This document shows, piece by piece, positions 26,932-32,000 of a stretch of DNA of 32,000 nucleotides. Position 1 is the first letter of the stretch. Every line of letters starts with the position of its first letter. The notes beneath the pieces are model-generated. The model saw only the letters and a program-made list of their open reading frames with translations. It did no database searches and had not been told where the DNA came from. The DNA is from Vibrio vulnificus CMCP6 (GTDB lineage Bacteria; Pseudomonadota; Gammaproteobacteria; Enterobacterales; Vibrionaceae): the NCBI RefSeq assembly GCF_000039765.1, contig NC_004459.3, positions 1-32,000 on the forward strand, given 5' to 3'. A program made the translations under genes and the position numbers.

Positions 26932-27482
26932 TATATATAAACCTCAAAAATGGCTCAGTTTCACTGAGCATATGAGCCTAACGAATGCCAGAGCAAACGA
27001 ATACGGCTGCATCCTTGTCTGTGTTCTTTACGAACACCTATTTTAAAATCGAGTATCGGTTTCGCCATGAAACCAAACTAATCAGTGATATCTTCAGCAG
27101 GGCCAAAGGTATCTCCCATTAGTCTCAGGACAAAATTTCAGACGCGACATTCTAACGATCTGATCCAACCCTGTCGAGCCAATCACCACTATGTGCGCAA
27201 TGTCTGTCCTAAAATCTCGAATTCATGTCGCAATTTGGCGGTTAGCAACTAAGATTGGGACAATAACGAGTTTTTCAAGAGAATCGACTGCTTTTTTTAT
27301 CGAAAAGCGTAAAAAGAGATCTTGCTCTTGTTTTGCTCCACAGAGTTGAGATCTTTTTCGCCACTCTTTTCTACAAACCGATAACATCTGGCTATCCACC
27401 CCAATTGGACTGTTTTGTGGCAAGTTAAACAGAATGCATTCCCTGTCATTGCTTGCTGCGATTTTGTTTTCGGAGAATCAGG

Positions 27483-29270
27483 ATGTCTCAACGCACACGT
27501 ATCGTGCTTATGTTCTTCGTTATTTATCTGCTCTGCATGTTGGTCAGCGGCCGCTACATATGGCTGACTAGCTACCAAGCGTTGACGCAGCAGCATCATT
27601 CTCAATTAGAGCGATTCGCCGGGCACATCCAGAACAAACTGGACAAATTCGCGCACATTCCACAATTGCTCGCCAAAGATGAGCCTCTCATCGATGCACT
27701 GCAACAGCCAAACAACAGTGCTCAGATTGATCTGACCAACCGCTATCTCGAAGAAGTGAACGCGGTGATTCAAGCGGCGGATACCTATTTAATTGACGAA
27801 TACGGCAATACTATTGCCGCGAGTAACTGGAATATTGACCGCTCTTTTGTGGGACGTAACTTTGCATTCCGCCCTTATTTTAAACAGGCTATTGTAGGCC
27901 AACGCAGCCAATATTTCGCGCTCGGTTCCACCTCGGGCCAACGGGGCTACTATTACTCCTACCCTGTCACCTATGCAGGGTCGATCATCGGGGTTGTGGT
28001 GGTTAAGATGGAGCTCCTTTCCATAGAGGACAATTGGCGAGAAAAGCGCAGCGTGTTTGTGGCAGACGATGAAAATCAGATCGTTTTTATGTCCAGTGAC
28101 CCTGCTTGGTTATTTAAAAGCCTGACACCAAAGTCAGAGAGCGAACTACAACGTATTCGTGACTCACGACAATATTTGGATAAAAGCATTGAATCACTGG
28201 ATTTCGTCGGTGATTTAAACGCTAAGCAAAGTGAAATCAAGCAAGGCGAACCTTACAGTTCAGGCACCATGATTGTCTCTTCACTGCCTTTACCTGACTT
28301 AGCACTGACGATTCGGGTTCTCTCGTCGAAACATAACTTGGTAATAACCACCTTTGGCCTGCTTTTGGTCGAAACCTTGGTATTTGCGATTCTTTTCTTA
28401 CTTGGTCAACTCTACTACCACCGACAGCAAAAGCATCGCCAGATCGAAAGGGTGCAACAAGAAGCGAAACAAAAGCTGGAGTTCCTTGTGATGGAGCGCA
28501 CCGCCGAGTTGCAAGCAGAAATCGCACAGCGCACCAAGACCGAACAAGCCTTACGACTTACTCAAGATGAACTCATTCAAGCCGCCAAACTCGCAGTTAT
28601 CGGACAGATGTCCGCCAGTATCAGCCACGAACTCAACAACCCATTGGCTGCGATTCGCAGCTTTGCCGATAACGGCAGACTCTTTTTAGAAAAAGAGAAG
28701 TATCCTCGGGTCGATGAAAATCTCAGTCGCATTTCCGCATTGACTGAGCGGATGGCCAAAATCAGCCAACAATTGCGTTCTTTCGCACGAAAATCCGCGG
28801 GTGATGAGCTTGTCGAAGCGCGCTTGATGCCCGTACTACTCTCAGCTAACGAGCTAATGAAACCCTCCCTCAAATCCGCGCGTGTGCAACTCGAAACCGA
28901 TTTTCCAGAACACGATATCCACTTGGTGATCAATACCATTCAGCTGGAACAAGTCCTGATCAATCTGATTACCAATGCGATTGAAGCGATGGAGAACACA
29001 GAGGCAAAGCAACTGCGTATCACCGTGGACCGGACGCTTGAACAGCAAATCCGTGTCCATATCGATGATAGCGGCCCAGGTATCGACCCTGCGAAGTTCG
29101 CTCAGCTTTGCGAACCTTTCCATACTACAAAGAAAAACGGCTTAGGCCTCGGCCTATCGATTTCACAACAGATATTGGCGGGTATGAACGGCAAGCTTCA
29201 AGTGTCACACAGCCCGCTCGGCGGAGCTCGCTTCACCATTATGCTGCCCACTATCAATACAGAGGTTTAA
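27483..29270 (+). CDS. DctB-family sensor histidine kinase (periplasmic double-PDC/Cache sensor)
   Basis: Two TM helices flank an approx 270-aa periplasmic domain. H-box SASISHELNNPLAAI, N box NLITNAIEAM, and G boxes DSGPGI and GLGLGLSISQ. Start set at ATG 27483 (GGAG 8 nt upstream) instead of the TTG at 27453. Confidence 0.8.
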   Translation: MSQRTRIVLMFFVIYLLCMLVSGRYIWLTSYQALTQQHHSQLERFAGHIQNKLDKFAHIPQLLAKDEPLIDALQQPNNSAQIDLTNRYLEEVNAVIQAADTYLIDEYGNTIAASNWNIDRSFVGRNFAFRPYFKQAIVGQRSQYFALGSTSGQRGYYYSYPVTYAGSIIGVVVVKMELLSIEDNWREKRSVFVADDENQIVFMSSDPAWLFKSLTPKSESELQRIRDSRQYLDKSIESLDFVGDLNAKQSEIKQGEPYSSGTMIVSSLPLPDLALTIRVLSSKHNLVITTFGLLLVETLVFAILFLLGQLYYHRQQKHRQIERVQQEAKQKLEFLVMERTAELQAEIAQRTKTEQALRLTQDELIQAAKLAVIGQMSASISHELNNPLAAIRSFADNGRLFLEKEKYPRVDENLSRISALTERMAKISQQLRSFARKSAGDELVEARLMPVLLSANELMKPSLKSARVQLETDFPEHDIHLVINTIQLEQVLINLITNAIEAMENTEAKQLRITVDRTLEQQIRVHIDDSGPGIDPAKFAQLCEPFHTTKKNGLGLGLSISQQILAGMNGKLQVSHSPLGGARFTIMLPTINTEV

Positions 29271-29271
29271 T

Positions 29272-30612
29272 ATGAGCTTGGTTTATTTTATTGATGACGA
29301 ATCCGATCTCAGACTCGCCGTGGAACAGAGTTTTGAGTTGGCCGAGATTGAAGCAAACTTTTTTGCTGATGCAGAAAGTGCCTTGTTGGCCATGAAAGCG
29401 CAAACACAACCTGCGGTGGTCATCACCGATATTTGCCTACCCGGCATCTCGGGTATGGACTTGCTCAACACCTTAATTCATCGTGACCCCGATCTACCCG
29501 TCATTATGATCACTGGTCACGGCGACATCTCGATGGCGGTGAAAGCACTTCACAACGGGGCTTATGATTTTATCGAGAAGCCCTTTGCCTCTGAACATCT
29601 AGTGGAAACCGTTAAACGAGCGATTGAAAAACGTCAATTAACCAATGAAAACCAGCTTTTGAGACAATCACTTAAAGCGAGCAAAACCCTTGGACCGAGA
29701 ATCATTGGTGAAACGCCATCCATCCAAGAATTACGAGCAACCATCAGTCACATCGCTGACACCCAAGCTGATATTCTGCTGTTTGGCGAAACAGGCACTG
29801 GCAAAGAGTTGATTGCTCGTTCTATTCATGAACAAAGTCCTCGTCGTGAGAAAAATTTTGTCGCCCTCAATTGCGGGGCTATTCCTGAGAATCTGATTGA
29901 AAGTGAACTCTATGGGCACGAAAAAGGCGCGTTCACTGGCGCAGACAGTCAACGCATTGGGAAATTCGAATTTGCTCAGGGGGGAACGCTGTTTCTCGAT
30001 GAAATTGAATCGATGCCAATGCAAGCACAAATCCGCTTGTTGCGAGTGTTGCAAGAGCGCGTGATTGAACGCGTCGGGTCAAATCAGTTGCTGCCTTTGG
30101 ATGTGCGTATTATCGCCGCCACTAAGGTTGACCTCAAACAAGCGGCAGCCAACGGTGAGTTTCGTCAGGATCTCTACTATCGTCTCAATGTGGTAACCCT
30201 CAACTTGCCGCCTCTTCGGGAACGAAAAGAAGACATCGCGGCCCTCTTTCACCACTTTTTACTGGTGGCGGCGGCTCGTTACGCAAAAACCGTCCCTGCG
30301 CTCTCTGCCAGCGATTTACAGCAGCTGTTAGCTCACAATTGGCCAGGCAATGTGCGAGAACTGCGCAATGCGGCTGAGCGATACATTTTGCTTGGCAAGT
30401 TGGCGCAGCTCGGTGAGACACCTGCAAGCACAACAGTGCATTATGCGCTCTCTGACCAAGTGGCCGAATTTGAAAAAAGCGTCATCGAGCAAACGCTGAT
30501 GGAATGTGGTGGCAGCATCAAAGAGACGATGGACAAACTGCAAGTGGCGAGAAAAACCCTGTATGACAAAATGCAGCGCTATGGTTTAGATAAAGAAAAC
30601 TACAAACAATAA
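29272..30612 (+). CDS. DctD/NtrC-family sigma54-dependent response regulator
   Basis: Receiver domain (VVITDICLPGISG), AAA+ domain (GETGTGKE, GAFTGA), and C-terminal HTH. Start abuts the kinase stop. Confidence 0.85.
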   Translation: MSLVYFIDDESDLRLAVEQSFELAEIEANFFADAESALLAMKAQTQPAVVITDICLPGISGMDLLNTLIHRDPDLPVIMITGHGDISMAVKALHNGAYDFIEKPFASEHLVETVKRAIEKRQLTNENQLLRQSLKASKTLGPRIIGETPSIQELRATISHIADTQADILLFGETGTGKELIARSIHEQSPRREKNFVALNCGAIPENLIESELYGHEKGAFTGADSQRIGKFEFAQGGTLFLDEIESMPMQAQIRLLRVLQERVIERVGSNQLLPLDVRIIAATKVDLKQAAANGEFRQDLYYRLNVVTLNLPPLRERKEDIAALFHHFLLVAAARYAKTVPALSASDLQQLLAHNWPGNVRELRNAAERYILLGKLAQLGETPASTTVHYALSDQVAEFEKSVIEQTLMECGGSIKETMDKLQVARKTLYDKMQRYGLDKENYKQ

Positions 30613-30648
30613 AGGCCACAAAATGATTGGTGGCCTTGTGTCATTTTT
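30612..30648 (+). terminator. hairpin between the convergent regulator and transglutaminase-like genes
   Basis: AAGGCCAC (30612-30619) pairs with GTGGCCTT (30630-30637). A T5 run lies 6 nt downstream on the plus strand, and the minus strand is also T-rich. Confidence 0.5.
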
Positions 30649-30706
30649 CCCTTGTACTCCTCTCAGATGCACTCAATGGGCAAACATGAGGAATCTTGGT
30701 TCCTTG

Positions 30707-32000
30707 TTATTTTCCTTTGGCATAGCTGAAGTAGTAGGTCATAAACTCATTCGCTTGCTTTGTCTCTTTGATGTACTTCGGTAGTTCATCAACCGAAACC
30801 GAGGACGCCTTTCTTTGGTACCGGTAGTTCATGTTGATTTTCTTATAAACTGGCGCCAATACCTGTAACAGCCCTTCCCCATCACCCTTAATCGAAACAT
30901 CCAGCGAATAGGTATCATTCTTAACTGAAAACGCTTCCTCTTCGAGCTTCAGTCTATCTGGCAAGTTCACCACGATATTCTGCTCTATCATCAAAGGCGA
31001 TCCAACGTAGTACGGAGTTTTACGATTTTGAGCTTCTGGCGCATAGAGCGAGTTATTGATGATATCCGCCGTCACTTCCACTCGCACAGTATTCTCATCA
31101 CCTTCCATCCACGGGTTCTCGAGAACGTAAGTTTCGACCATGGTCACAACATTGCTCTGAGGGTCATCTTGATACTCAAACTCTTCCGCCGCATAAACGC
31201 TTTGATAGAAGCGACTATAGTAGTCTTCATACTCACCCATCACCGTATCCATTGAGTTTGCCGTTAGGTAGCGACGCATACGCTCAGCTTGATGCCCTTC
31301 GTAAAGAGTCGTGATCTTCATCGTGCTGTCACCCTCTTTTTGGTGCTTGAACTGGTATTCAACACTTGAGGTGATCTGATTGGTATTGTTGACATTCATC
31401 TCACTCAACCAAATAGATTCGGGCTTAATCACCAGCGCGTAACCAAGCTCAGACTGTACAATCGAATCTAACGCATCGCCCTGTTCTGTAACTGTCGGAT
31501 CAACCCAATATTCAATACCTTGATGGAAGAAATTCACAATAACATGGTCGAATGCACTATGACCCGGCAGTTGTTCGTTGAGTTTCTCGCGATGAACGGT
31601 ACTCACTAATGCGGGGTAAGCTTCAACGCCAAGTTGGTTTAACAAGGTCGCCAGAAGCAAAGATTTGTCTTTGCAATCACCATAACCTTGCTCCAAGATT
31701 TGCTCAGGCAAACGAGGAGCGTGTGAGCCGATACCGTTCTCAATACCCAAATAACGTATTTTTTGCTGCGAAAGTTTAATCGCCGCCATGATTTGCGCTT
31801 CTTTTGAAGGCAAAGCTTTCAAAAGCTCTAGCTCTTTAGCGAACAAACGCCCAGAGGTAGAATTTGGGTAAAGAGGAAGCGCCCATTGAGCCACCTCTTG
31901 CCAGTTATCGTAGTTCGAAACATTGATATAAGGGTATGGGATAAACCAGCTTGGCTGATCTTTTTCATCAAAATCGTACGCTCTTCTACCATCTTCAAAA
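30707..32000 (-). CDS. DUF3857/transglutaminase-like cysteine-protease-fold protein (5' end beyond the window)
   Basis: Cys-His-Asp triad context GYGDCKD, FDHVIV, WVDPT. The reading frame stays open from 31894 to the window edge, so the gene is partial. Confidence 0.75.
   Translation of the reverse strand, partial: FEDGRRAYDFDEKDQPSWFIPYPYINVSNYDNWQEVAQWALPLYPNSTSGRLFAKELELLKALPSKEAQIMAAIKLSQQKIRYLGIENGIGSHAPRLPEQILEQGYGDCKDKSLLLATLLNQLGVEAYPALVSTVHREKLNEQLPGHSAFDHVIVNFFHQGIEYWVDPTVTEQGDALDSIVQSELGYALVIKPESIWLSEMNVNNTNQITSSVEYQFKHQKEGDSTMKITTLYEGHQAERMRRYLTANSMDTVMGEYEDYYSRFYQSVYAAEEFEYQDDPQSNVVTMVETYVLENPWMEGDENTVRVEVTADIINNSLYAPEAQNRKTPYYVGSPLMIEQNIVVNLPDRLKLEEEAFSVKNDTYSLDVSIKGDGEGLLQVLAPVYKKINMNYRYQRKASSVSVDELPKYIKETKQANEFMTYYFSYAKGK

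Noticed and set aside
27223-27605. 66-aa and 102-aa minus-strand ORFs in the tig-kinase intergenic region
   Set aside because: They overlap the kinase start, have no SD and no family resemblance. Their composition looks non-coding.
1-32000. tRNA, rRNA, CRISPR arrays, integron attC sites, intact prophage or toxin-antitoxin pairs
   Set aside because: Visual scanning found no cloverleaf-like or rRNA-like sequence, no regularly spaced direct repeats and no recognisable integrase. An exhaustive search with tRNAscan, Infernal or CRISPR finders could not be run.

Overview
32-kb chromosomal window from a Vibrio-like gammaproteobacterium (inferred from gene content and order). It has two very different halves. 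The right half (about 15.2-32 kb) is conserved housekeeping backbone. It carries a dgt-like dNTP triphosphohydrolase, tapT (DTW), rhombosortase, comEA, ppiD, hupB, lon, clpX, clpP, tig, a DctB/DctD-type sigma54 two-component pair, and a DUF3857/transglutaminase-like gene that runs off the window. The left half (1-15.2 kb) is accessory and mosaic. It starts with a hydrolase cluster: a secreted class A beta-lactamase-like protein, a His-rich COG0523 GTPase metallochaperone, and a D-aminoacylase-like amidohydrolase with a Tat-like signal. Next come a 5'-truncated MlrC/M81 peptidase gene bracketed by IS903-like and IS630-like transposase remnants, and an AI-2E transporter. Then there is a five-gene same-strand block: STAS-MlaE fusion permease, MlaF-like ATPase, long single-MCE protein, PqiC-like lipoprotein and a MscK-like mechanosensitive channel. 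That block is flanked by about 0.5 kb and 1.2 kb of decayed non-coding DNA. The right edge of the accessory region removes the 5' third of yfbR just upstream of dgt, next to a triple 12-bp direct/inverted/direct repeat. I saw no rRNA, tRNA, CRISPR array or intact mobile element. The best candidate for something undescribed is the MCE-transporter plus mechanosensitive-channel module, but every functional statement about it is inference from domain recognition by eye. No database search or computation was possible.
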